64,000 nt of DNA, taken from the NCBI RefSeq assembly GCF_018350175.1, contig NC_058386.1:42594001-42658000 (forward strand), written 5' to 3'. The stretch's first letter is position 1. Every line of letters begins with the position of its first letter. Of the stretch, positions 16,388 to 36,082 are shown piece by piece. The position numbers and the translations under genes were made by a program. The stretch comes from Felis catus. Lineage: Eukaryota. A model generated the notes under the pieces. That model did no database searches. It had not been told where the DNA came from and saw only the letters and a program-made list of their open reading frames with translations.

Positions 16388-16639
16388 TGTAAAAACTCAC
16401 CTAAGAAAGTGCGGGAGTGGCAGGGATAGGGGGGTGGGGATGGGGCCGGAGGCAGGGGTGGGTTCCTTCCGTGCCCTCATTACCAGAGTTTGGCTGTGTT
16501 AGCCTTGCGTGGGGGTGGGGGGTGGGGCCATGGAGGGTTCAGTGTCTACCTCCCCCCACCGCTAATACTGATCAGAGTTTGGTCCTGGCCGGGCCAGGGC
16601 AAGAAGGGAGAACGAGGCCAGCGTCTTCAATCCCAGCAG

Positions 16640-25480
<8,841 letters not shown>

Positions 25481-25618
25481 GCGGTAGAGGCCACACAAGT
25501 GACAGGGCATAGGAGAATTGAGACTGGAGGATAAATGAGCCCCTATTGAGGGTGCGAAGGAGACCCGTAAGCCAGCAGGTGAGGCGGTGTTCAGGTTAGC
25601 TTTTGAAAGAGGGGGAGG

Positions 25619-26075
25619 GGGCGCACCTGGGTGGCTCAGTCAGTTAAACCAAGCGTCCCACTTCGGCTCAGGTCATGATCTATCTCATGGCTCCTGAGTT
25701 CGGGCCCCGCGTCAGCTGGGGAGCCTAGAGCCTGCTTCAGATTCTGTGTCTCCCTCTCTCTCTCAAAAAAGAAAAAAAAAAAAAAAAAAGAGGGGCAAGA
25801 GAGGGTTCAGCTGAGGTCAGGACAAGTGAAACCAAGACAGAACAGGGCAGGTATGTCAAAAAGTGAGGACTGAGGGGCGCCTGGGTGCCTCAGTTAAGCG
25901 TTGGGCTTTGGCTCAGGTCACGATCTCCAGGTTCGTGAATTTGTGCCCCACAACTGGCTCTGTGTTGACAGCCTGGAGCCTGCTTCAGATTCTGTGTCTC
26001 CCTCTCTCTGAACTCTACCCGTTTGCACACTTTGTCTCTCTCAAAAATAAACAATTTTAAAAAAATTAAAAAAAT
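25619..26075 (+). mobile_element. Two CanSINEs (25619-25790, 25874-26075) between SLC35A2 and PIM2
   Basis: Heads and A-tails; TSD-like AAGTGAGGA around the second copy. Confidence 0.85.
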
Positions 26076-26581
26076 AGAAGTGAGGAATGAGAGAGGAGAG
26101 GGATGAACAAGTTAAGACTGCAAGGGAGACATGAGAATGTAGGGGCAAAACATGTGACTTACACCCTGAATGTTACAAGGAAACAAGGAAAGGCTGGGAA
26201 GGTTTTTGTCTGTGCCCAACCCTGGCCCCTCCCTCATCAGTGCCCTGAAAGGCATTTTCTCTTGTGGGAGGATTTTATCTCCTCCCCTGGGGGTGAGGAA
26301 AGCAGTTTTCTCTGCCTGAGCAAGCCCATTTTTGATTCGGGAAGTGTCCCAAACATCTTCAGCGTCTATGGTATCTCTAATGGAGCCCTTCTGCACATCC
26401 TGGGAGCTATATAAGAGCTGAAGAGGGGGAAATCAAGTTTTTCTTTGTGGTCCTGCTTAAATGAACCCTAAAGGAGATTTAGGATGGTACCACAAGGCTA
26501 AGAATCCCCAAGAGCTGAGGAGAGCTCCAGCCCACCTCCCTCTTGGCTCAGCATACAGATGCTCCATAATTGCCTCACTGT

Positions 26582-26701
26582 ATCTACAAATGGCCAGTCA
26601 CTTCTGATTCTATAACATTTATTAAGTAGTGGGTTTCCTTGCTGCATCTACAGTGGCCAGTCGCTTCTGATTCTATAACATTTATTAAATAGTGGGTTTC
26701 C
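26582..26701 (-). terminator. PIM2: PIM2 poly(A) region, tandemly duplicated (AATAAA at 26681-26686 and 26618-26623)
   Basis: Two ~56-bp near-identical copies (26582-26638, 26646-26701), each containing TTTATT. Confidence 0.8.
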
Positions 26702-27639
26702 ACACATGGCTTTTTAAATAATCCAGGCAGGGGGAGAAGGAAGAGGAGGACACAGTTGGAGTTCCCCTCCCACCAATACATAAGTATTTACATTTCAGCA
26801 ACTGGACAATCCTGGCTCAGAAGGAGGCAGCAAGAATCCGAAAAAGATGGAGGGTGGGGGGGGGGCCCAGGAGAACAAACAAGACTTATTTCCCCCACCC
26901 CATCCCCCAAAAAACCATCCACCCCATCCTAGCGGACTCTGGTGGTGTCCATCTTCCATTCCTTCCCCAAATCATGGAAGAANNNNNNNNNNNNNNNNNN
27001 NNNNNNNNNNNNNNNNNNNNNNNNNNNNNNNNNNNNNNNNNNNNNNNNNNNNNNNNNNNNNNNNNNNNNNNNNNNNNNNNNNNNNNNNNNNNNNNNNNNN
27101 NNNNNNNNNNNNNNNAATAGGGCATTACCTCCCCCAGAATTAACAACCCTGGGCTGAGGTAGGCAAGCAGCTTGACTGAATATAGACCCTGGGCTAGGGG
27201 AAAGGGTCCTTTTGCTAAAATAAGAGCTGCTGGGGCATTGGAAGGAAAGCACCCTTGCCCAAGTGAGAGCATTTAAACTAAGTGTGTGCGGTGGTAGCAG
27301 GAGGTGCCAGTGTAGGGGTTACAACTTATCAGAATAAGAGTCCTGGGGCTCAGAATGGAAGTAACTTCAAACCAAATAAACATCCTTAGCAAAATGAGAA
27401 ATATGGAAGTCCCCCCCCTCCAGAATAAGAGACCGTAAGTTCTGGGAGGAAGGCTCCTTAGCAGGATTGGGATGGGGACTGGGCAGACTTGGCTTATGTC
27501 TCCTGATCCCTGATCCCCAATCTCTGACCCTAGTAACACTGGATTTTTACTGACCTGTATAACCAGGTCAACAGATGTCCATCTATCCCTGTGGCATGCC
27601 ATGGGACGGGTATTTAAACTAGTGGGGGCCTGGCCAGGA

Positions 27640-30600
27640 CTAGGGCAGCAGGGACCAGGCCAAAGGGGTGGGACCCCCCGTGGGGGCATTGAGGGATGCA
27701 TCCTCAGCTGGTGTCTGCATCCAGGGGTCCAGCAGTATCTCCTCCAGTGAGGGTCGGGCAGAGGGTTTGGGGGCCAGGCACCGGCGGATTAGGGCACAGC
27801 AGTCTGCAGATCAGAAGTACACAGAAGATTAGCAGTCAGTTGGGGGCACTAGTCCCTGGGAAGGATGCAGTCCACTGGGATGGGACCAGTGAAGGCCTCA
27901 CCTGGGGAGACATGGGCAGGGAAGTGGAGCTCAGCCTCCAGAATCTCCTGGTCCCTCTCAAAGGGAATGTCCCCACACACCATGTCATAGAGGAGGATGC
28001 CCAGTGACCAGACAGTGGCTGGGAGCGCGTGGTACTGGTGACGAGAGATCCACTCTGGGGGGCTGTACACCCTTGTTCCTGCACACAAGCCAGAGATTAG
28101 ACCACTCTCTGATAATGCCCTTCCCCCACCTCACCCTCCCCAGGAAGTGTGGTCCCCTCACCAGAATTAAGAGAACTCAGTACACGAGCAGGGTTCCCTC
28201 ACCAGAATAGGAGCTCTTTAAAAATAACAGCAGAGTCTCATCATTAGAAAAAGGTAATAGCAGAGTGCCCTCAACAAAACAAAAGCACTTAAAAGTAACA
28301 GTAGGATCCCTTTACCAGATAGAAAAGGAATATTCAGGATAACACAATCCCCTTACCAGAATAAGAACCCTGAACAAGGTCTAGGCATTGTCAGAAGATG
28401 GACTTTATCAGAGGACAAGGCTTGAGCATTGCCAGTATTAAAGATCAAGAACCTTACAAAGGTGCAATACAGATCAAGGATTACAGGACACCCCAGCACT
28501 AGGGGCCAATGATCAAGAGACCACAAAGATAAAAGGTAAAAAATCCCCCCACTGAGATTTAGGGAAGACTTACCATCAAAATCAGTATAGGGTTCATCAT
28601 GAAGTAGGGCACCGGAACCAAAATCAATGAGTTTGGCACAGCCCCGGCGAAGGTCCATCAAGATGTTCTCATCCTTGATGTCACGATGGACAACTCCACG
28701 AGCATGGCAATGCCGAACAGCTGCCACTACCTGGGCAAAGAGGCAGCGGCTTCGGCCTTCACCTAATGGGCCCTGCTCTGTGATGTAGTCAAAGAGATCC
28801 TGGGCAGGCAAAGGTCGCTCGAGGACCAGCATGAAGCCTTCTGGTGTTTCAAACCAGTCAAGCAGGCGGATCACACCAGGGTGCCCACCACCTGCACCCA
28901 CTTTCCATAGCAGTGCCACTTCCAGTGGGCATGTGACTGAGTCTGACTGTGAGGGGAAGAGGAGAAAAGAGAGAACACAGACGTCAGGGCAGCAGCTGTG
29001 AGGCGGACTTCTTGCCTGAACTTAATTCATAGCCCCTCAGCCTCCTGACTTTGTGGTCTTCAGCAACCCACTTCCCTCCCTGAGCCTCAGTTCCCTAGCC
29101 TTAAGGGCCACTGCAAAGGTGGTTTGAGCCAAAATCCTATGAACATCTGGCTCAGTAACTATTTGAATAAATGAAAGTGGTTCTTAAAAAAAAAAAAAAG
29201 CCTTCTGCAGAAGGAGCAACTGATGAACACTACTATGTAATAGGGTATCTTTTGTTCACTGGCATCTCAGAAAAGATTACAACAGTACCTTACATACAGT
29301 AGATGCTCAATAAATAGCTGTTAAATAGCTGAAAGTACTCTATAGCATAGAGTCTAACACAGAGTTAGCACTCAATAAATACTATTATTGTGTAATAGTT
29401 GTAATGTTTTGTTCACTGACATAGCTCAAACACTAGAACAGGGTCTGGTAACAGGGCAGGGCTTAATACATGTTTGTTAAACAGGTAAAAGCAATTAGTA
29501 GAAAGGACCTAGCACAAAATTAGCTCTCAATAAATGTAATTATTTTGCCAAATGCCTAAAACTGTGCCTGGCACATAGTAGGTGCTCAATATACATTTGT
29601 TAAATAGCTGAAGCTGATTAAGTACAAAGGAACAAAGTAAGAACTCAACATCATGTGATGTTTTGTCACTGACACCAAACATCTATAGAACTGTGTTGCA
29701 AGTACTCAGTGGGACTTGGAACACAGTAAGCTTTGATGATGAAGCAAAACCTGAGACATACAGTCAGTGCTCAATAAAAGGCATAAATGCTAGGCCATAA
29801 AAGCCGCCCCACGCTAGAAGCCCAACGCGGGCACAAGGGCTGCCAGAAGCAGCCTCCCAGCCTGAGGTGGGGCCCTCTCCCGGCCAGTCCACTGACTTGC
29901 ACAGCCGCAGACAGGTTTTCTCACGGTGGTGAAAATTCCGCTACTGCGCAGGCGCGCCTTCTCCCTCCGGGTCCCACAACCTGCGCGGGCGCACTCTCCC
30001 CTAGAGTCCGCCAGGGGGCGCTCGCACTCCTACAACTAGCCCAGACCCGCCCAGTTGTCCGTTAGCGTTCTAACGGCCGGAGTGAAGCAGCCACTGTCAC
30101 CATGGCAACCAGTGACCTCTGCCCCTCTTTCCCCACCAGCATGCCCCGCGGGCAGCCCCCGAGGCAATGTTCGGAGGGAGAAGGAGAAAGGCGGTTTGGA
30201 GGGGAGAATCCAAGGCCATGGGGGTAGCTGGGGTGAGAACTGTTTGGAGGTGTGGATGTCACCACAGGGGAGTAAACACGGGCTGGTAAGAGTGTTCTCA
30301 CCATTACAGGGCCCAGTAAATCATACAAGCCCTAGAAAGGCAAGGGGGTGAGTCCCTCGCCAGGGCCCATCGTCAGAGATGGCGTCGCCAGGTCAGGCAG
30401 GACTCCAAAGATACTCACCAAGGGGGACCAGCCCAACACACGATTCCGGGGGATCACTTTGATGGCCACCTGGAGAAGGGGGCTGAGGTGAGGGGACCAG
30501 CAGACGACCCCCAGGCCCCTCCTAGTCTTGACCCTCACCCCAGTCTTTCTGGTCCCAACCTCGCCACGCCACAACCCAAAATGAGCTGGAGCTTCTCCCC

Positions 30601-31506
30601 TGCTCTCCAAGTCCCCAGAACCAAGTTCACCTCTCCCATCATCCTTAGCCCTGGGTTCTCCCTTCTCAGGCTTCAGGCCCCTCGTTCCATCTCCTCAGCT
30701 CTGAATTTCCTAATACCCCAAGCCCTCGATCTTTCCATCCAGCTCCAAGACACCCCAACTCTCTACCGGGGTCCTGGTCCTCAGGACTCCACGCTGGACA
30801 TCTGCCCTCAAAATCCCCCAAATCTCAGCTCTGAGTCTCCACCTTCCCACACAGATACATATCCCCTGGATCCCAGGATCTAGAGTCCTCACGACCTCCC
30901 AGGCTTCAGTCTCACCCCCCTGGACTTCCAGAATCTCTGCCCTGAAACCCCCCTCCCCCCACATACCCACCTGGATAGCCACACACACAAACAAGCGCGC
31001 CCACGTGCGCGCGCTCGGGCACCCCCACCAACCTGGATCCTGGTCCTCATGACCCTACCACGCACACATTGTTGGCTCATCCCCTGGTCAGTCAGCATCC
31101 CAGCCCCGGGACTCCGGGGCCCCGAGACTCCCTCCCCAGCCGCGCACACACACGCGCACACGCACACCCCTGACCCTCCCAGGACCCTCGTAGTGGATAC
31201 CTGGAGTCGGTCTGTGACGCGATGTCCTGCGAAGACGGTACCAAAGCCCCCCTTACCAAGGAGAGGGCCAAGTCGGTACTCGGCCTCGAACGCTTCCCGA
31301 TCCTTGCCTCCTACGCAGGCGGGGGCGAGGAAGTCAGGGTGGCTGCGTGCTGAGCCCGGCTGCGACCCTCTCCTCCCCTCCTCCCGCGCCGCCCTCAATC
31401 ACTTCAGCCCGCCCGGCCTAGTCGCGGTAGGGGAGCCTCGCTCACCTGGCGGCGGCGTGGGGGTCACCGGGGCCACGGGGAGCCCTTGCAGAGGCTTAGT
31501 CAACAT
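27640..31506 (-). CDS. PIM2: Ser/Thr kinase Pim-2, 311 aa (AUG isoform); join(31446-31506, 31201-31310, 30419-30469, 28574-28946, 27902-28078, 27640-27803)
   Basis: Exons 61+110+51+373+177+164=936 nt. [10 protein letters not shown]-loop, VAIK, PIM-type ERP hinge, [21 protein letters not shown], ends AWSLLP*. Confidence 0.97.
29800..30180. promoter_or_regulatory. CpG-rich element in PIM2 intron 3 with CTCF, NRF1, MYB and RFX motifs
   Basis: TGCGCAGGCGCG 29945; TGCGCGGGCGCA 29982; CCGCCAGGGGGCGCT 30008-30022; CCGTTA 30059 and TAACGG 30071; GTCACCATGGCAAC 30096-30109. Confidence 0.65.
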
Positions 31507-31674
31507 GGAGGAAGTGCTGCGCAGATTGAGCCCGCTGAGCCCGCAGGGCGTGGACGCCCGGGGCAGCGAGGCTGGTGAGCCAGGACTTGGGGGCGCCAGG
31601 GTGGAAGGCAGAGAAGCTGGTGGCCCAGAAGGGCCCTCAAACAGCGCAACGTTCGGATTCGACGCGCGCGCCAG
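31507..31674 (-). CDS. PIM2: In-frame CUG-initiated N-terminal extension of PIM2 (CUG at 31674, +56 aa; CUG at 31599, +31 aa)
   Basis: Stop-free frame [60 protein letters not shown] contexts GGG-CTG-G and CCACC-CTG-G are strong; the AUG context TCC-ATG-T is weak. Resembles the recalled mouse Pim2 long isoforms. Confidence 0.75.
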
Positions 31675-31679
31675 CCCTA

Positions 31680-32330
31680 ACGCTACTGAGCCGGGGCACG
31701 CGCCTCCCGAGAGAGTCGCCCCGGGCGACAGCCCCGCCCACTTGGCTTTGATCAATCCGAACGCGGCACCTGCTGTACCCCAGCCAATCGGAGCCAGTCC
31801 TTATTTGCATACCACCCTCAACGTTTCAAGTACCCCCTTATGCAAATACATGCCCGGATCTTCCGCGGGGGCCGGGCCCGCATGCAAATGTAGGGGGGCG
31901 CGCGCGAAGAGGAAACCGGTTCTGGGAATCCCTTTGCAGCGACCGCATTTGTTTTGGTTGTTGCGCGGGGTTGTTTTTATATATATGCGTATGTGTATGT
32001 GTATAGATATAAACTTAAAAAAATAACTGCACCGCCTCCTTTCCTAGGAAGTTGGTTTGCAGCCGCTGCTTCGAGATTAGCGCGGAGATAATGCCAGGCC
32101 CGGCTTCTAAGAATGCGAGCCTGTGGCTACCCTGGACCCGGTCTCCGAAGAGTGCTCAACACCCATGACCAGAGCCCTCAAGGCGACCGGCGGCTTCTCC
32201 CCCCAAACTGAAGCCGGGGATCCTGGAAGAATCCGCCCAGCTTCCAGGGAGGGGTAGCCCTCCTGACCACCACCGCGGGGGACGCGCTGGTCAAAGACAG
32301 CGTTCCCAAGCCCTGAGGCGGAGGCCTATG
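31680..32330 (-). promoter_or_regulatory. PIM2 promoter: CCAAT, three octamer motifs, overlapping GAS/NF-kB site, further STAT sites
   Basis: CCAAT 31784; ATTTGCAT 31803-31810; ATGCAAAT 31840-31847 and 31882-31889; TTCTGGGAA 31920-31928 overlapping GGGAATCCC 31924-31932; TTCCTAGGAA 32041-32050; TTCTAAGAA 32105-32113. Confidence 0.75.
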
Positions 32331-34061
32331 GTGTGTTTTTAGAGCCCTTAACCTGGCCAGACCTGGCTAGGTTTGGCCACAAGCCCAGTCAGCACGTCTA
32401 GAATCTGGAATGGCAGGGGGAAGTGGATCTTGGGCGGGGGTGAAGAGCAAGCCAGAGTGATGGTGGCGTGGGGGTATGCTTCCAAATGGCAGAGACGGAA
32501 GAACTCAGGTGGCAAAATATCCTCAGTCACAAATTTGTGAAAAATAAGTACAGTGTCATGCCACAAGAAGATATGCACTCAAGGCACTCACAAAAGTACC
32601 ATATGATATACACAAAACCCATACTGTCAGGCACATTCATGTAAACTTACATGACACAGATGCAGACACGTACTGTCACAGAGACTGACATCCACTGTCA
32701 GGCAGGCATGCTGCCAGTTATGTCCCAGAATGACACCCAGAGAAACACTGTTACAGAAAGACAGGCACTCCAGAGAGACTCACATGGACCTACGTTGCCA
32801 TGTGACAATGACACAAAAATGTCAGACTCACCACCACCAGAACTTGTCATGATACTGGCACCATCAGACACACACTATCACAGGAAGACTTGTACTGTCC
32901 CAGAAATGAGAGACCTCGTGGCTGTCACAGGAAGACACACAGATGCTCCAGAGACACACAAGTACTGCTCCAAAGGCAGACATAAATACTTATGCAACAG
33001 AGCCACATGGATAGGCAGTGTCACAAAAACAGATGTGGAGAGACCCAGACACACAACCAGCAAACATGCAGCGTTGTCACTGAAATTGTCCAGAAATAGC
33101 TACCTAGAATCTGTCAAAGGAATACAAACGGACATCCACCACATCAGAATGAAACCACAGATGCACTGTCACAGACAGACCCACGCAGACATGCACTTGT
33201 CTCAGAAACAGGCATAAACTGTCAGAGACAGAGTCCCACACTCAGTCACCATCTGACACACCTGGAAACAAGCCCTTGTCACACACACTGGAGACACTGT
33301 GAGAGGCATGTGAAGACTTGGACTCACCAAAGTCACACAGACAACACTCAAAAAGCAAATACACACATGTACTCTCCCTTATTCATCCAGTATTTATTAG
33401 GGGTCTACCGTAAGCCTGCCAGGCCCTGGCAGGGGTGCAGATATTAAGAGATACACAGATTAAGTCAGGCATCACAGCCCTTGCACAGTTATTGGGGAAG
33501 GAGTAAAGACACATTTGTGGATAGAAGTGAGAATGTGGAGTCACACAGGGCTTCTCAGAAGGTGACCTTCTACCCATCTTGAAGGACAAGGTTGGGGGCT
33601 CAGGACAGGGGAAGGGCAAATTCCAGGCAGAGGCCAATGAAACTGGACAGAGCAGCAAGAGGTAGGCAGGGGCCAAATGGTGCAGAAACTTCAGTATTAG
33701 GATAATAAATACTATCTGCTAACATCTGAGCTCTCAGAACGTGCCAGGCACCATGCTATCATACATTATATTGACCACATGCATTCTCTCTCTGTGCTCA
33801 CAACCAGAGAGTGTGAGGTAGTAGACATTAATCACTCCTGTTGGACACGTGGTAGGACCCTTGAAACTCACAGAGCCTGTGATTTGACCAAGGCCACACA
33901 TCTAGAAAAAGCCAGGTAGGTTTCAAACCAACTCTCCAACATCTGCATGCATGACCAGTGAATTTCACAGACACCCCACAGGTGGCCACCTGGCCAGCCA
34001 TGCCCTCACCGGCAGACCTGGACATGCACCCTTCCACATGGGCCCCATTAGTGAGGCACAG

Positions 34062-34086
34062 CAAACAAACAAACAAACAAACAAAC
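34062..34086 (+). repeat. (CAAA)6 microsatellite
   Basis: Directly visible. Confidence 0.9.
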
Positions 34087-34673
34087 CCCATTCTTGACAA
34101 AACATGGGGTCCAGCCATCCTTCTCTGCCTTGACTTTACCCCAAGGAAAGGCAGACAGGGGTGTTAGAAGACTGGGGACATCAGTAAGAAAGGACTTAAC
34201 CATTCCTTAAACCCAGGAGGCCCACCAGTCAATTCCACTAAACTTACGTTGATATGAGGCCTCTGTTGTGCCTTTTCAAAGCATTCCTCATCAAAGATCA
34301 CAAGGAAAGAGCAAACGTATGCAGGCAAGGAGGCAGGCAGAGAAATTGGAAGTTCAGTAACAGCCCTCAAGCTCATAGTCCTCTGCTCCCATCATACCCC
34401 AGGACACAAGGTGGGCAGGCTACACGTGCCAGTATTGAGGCAGGGGCAGCAGGCAAAGATGGAACTTTCTTGTTAGGAACAGGTCCAGAAGTTGGTTTAG
34501 TGAGCAGTGAATCAAATATGAGCAAACCCCGGGCCCGGGGAAATACCGTACTGGAGAGCATGCAGCCCTCAGAGGTCAAGCCAAGGTCTATGCCATCACC
34601 GCCTCTGCCCAAAGCCCCACCCATCCCATGCCCCACACAGAACAGAGGCGCTCAGGGGAAACTGACATTTGGT

Positions 34674-34679
34674 TTTATT
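34674..34679 (-). terminator. OTUD5: OTUD5 distal polyadenylation signal (a proximal ATTAAA candidate lies at 35136-35141)
   Basis: TTTATT on + downstream of the OTUD5 3'UTR; TTTAAT in an AT-rich block at 35136-35141. Confidence 0.6.
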
Positions 34680-34837
34680 GTGCCAAGGACATTACAGATG
34701 GTGGATCTTGTCAACACCTGCAGGGCACAGGTGCCTCATCTGTTGAGGCTGCTCCCACTCCCCACTCAAATCCTGGGCAGGCAGTGGCTGCCATGATCCT
34801 CAAAGGTGCCTCCCACCCCAAGATTCCAAAGAGACCA

Positions 34838-34867
34838 GTGGTGGTGGTGGTAGTGGTGGTGGTGGTG
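34838..34867 (+). repeat. (GTG)~10 interrupted trinucleotide repeat in the OTUD5 3' region
   Basis: Directly visible. Confidence 0.85.
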
Positions 34868-35632
34868 TGGAAGCAATAGGAATGCAGCGAGGTCAGAGTC
34901 TCAGTGTCCAAAGCCCATATGACACCTGCCCCCCTGCCCCCCACCCTGCCCCAGCTTGCACTCTAGACACTGCCCACCTCCACAGAGCTGGAGGCTAGAG
35001 ACAGCAACCACATCTTTGTGCTCCCTCTGTGGCCCATGGCCTGCCTGCTCCCAAACCAGAGATGCCGCCTTCACAGAGCCAATGCTGTTGTCTACATCAT
35101 TTTGGATTGATTGATTTTATACGATAAAAGTACATTTTAATAAAGAAAAAATTCAACATTGAAGGCTCAGACATTCTTGGGGTACTGGGAAGGGGAATTC
35201 CCACTTCTTCCTCGCACCTTCCCAGCATCATTGTGGAGGTGGGGGTAACAAGTTTTTCTGAAGTTGGAAGAAACAGGGCAGGGAGTGAGGGGGGCAGGGA
35301 GACTTTCCTCTGTCTGAATGTTTCTCCTCGGGGACTGCCTGGCTGCCAGTTGGTTTGTCTCTGTGAGCCTCTCGCCTATGTTCGGCACCCTTGCCCAAGT
35401 CCCCTGTGGAGTGCAGGGATGGTGCTGTGCAGGGGGCAACAGGGCACGTCAGCTGGCGAAGAGACGGGTGATGGTGGTGGTGGCAGCGATGAAAGGGGGT
35501 GCAGTGGTGGGTCAGCCAGAGGGAAGTGGGGAAGAGGGAAACGAAAGGAGAGAGGGAAGAAGGCAAGAGGGAAGAAAGCCAAAGAAGGTGGGTCGGCACC
35601 GGAGGGCAGGAGTGGTGGGGGTTGGGAGATGG

Positions 35633-35796
35633 NNNNNNNNNNNNNNNNNNNNNNNNNNNNNNNNNNNNNNNNNNNNNNNNNNNNNNNNNNNNNNNNNNNN
35701 NNNNNNNNNNNNNNNNNNNNNNNNNNNNNNNNNNNNNNNNNNNNNNNNNNNNNNNNNNNNNNNNNNNNNNNNNNNNNNNNNNNNNNNNNNNNNNNN
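35633..35796 (-). other. OTUD5: N-run inferred to hold the last OTUD5 coding exon (UIM-containing C-terminus and stop)
   Basis: Exon 8 ends in phase 1. On the minus strand a pyrimidine tract (ttccatcatcctttc) runs into the 164-nt N-run, and 3'UTR-like sequence follows it. The recalled ~122-nt coding remainder is found nowhere else. Confidence 0.75.
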
Positions 35797-36082
35797 GAAA
35801 AGGATGATGGAATACTTCCAGCCCTCCTTCTCTTCACCCTTTGCTGATCCCTGGCTCTAGAGAGATCCTATCCAGGCCCCTCTACATTTCTATGGAGAAG
35901 GCTCCTCCGGGCCTATGGAATCCCATTCAGATCCCCCCTGGACACATCCCTTGGGTTTGAAAAATTCCCTTTTCTTGGGTAGATGGCCAGAGGTCTGGAA
36001 GGCCCCCCTCATGGGGTCTGTTGGTTCTTCTCTCTCCCCAATTCCCAGCTGGCCTCTGGGCCCCTAGACAGAGGAGGCTTAC

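Noticed and set aside
31049-32026. 325-aa + strand ORF
   Set aside because: Antisense shadow of PIM2 exons 1-2 in a GC-rich CpG island; no recognisable domain.
32651-33217. 188-aa Thr/His-rich ORF
   Set aside because: By-product of a CA-rich, T-poor degenerate repeat; no supporting gene structure.
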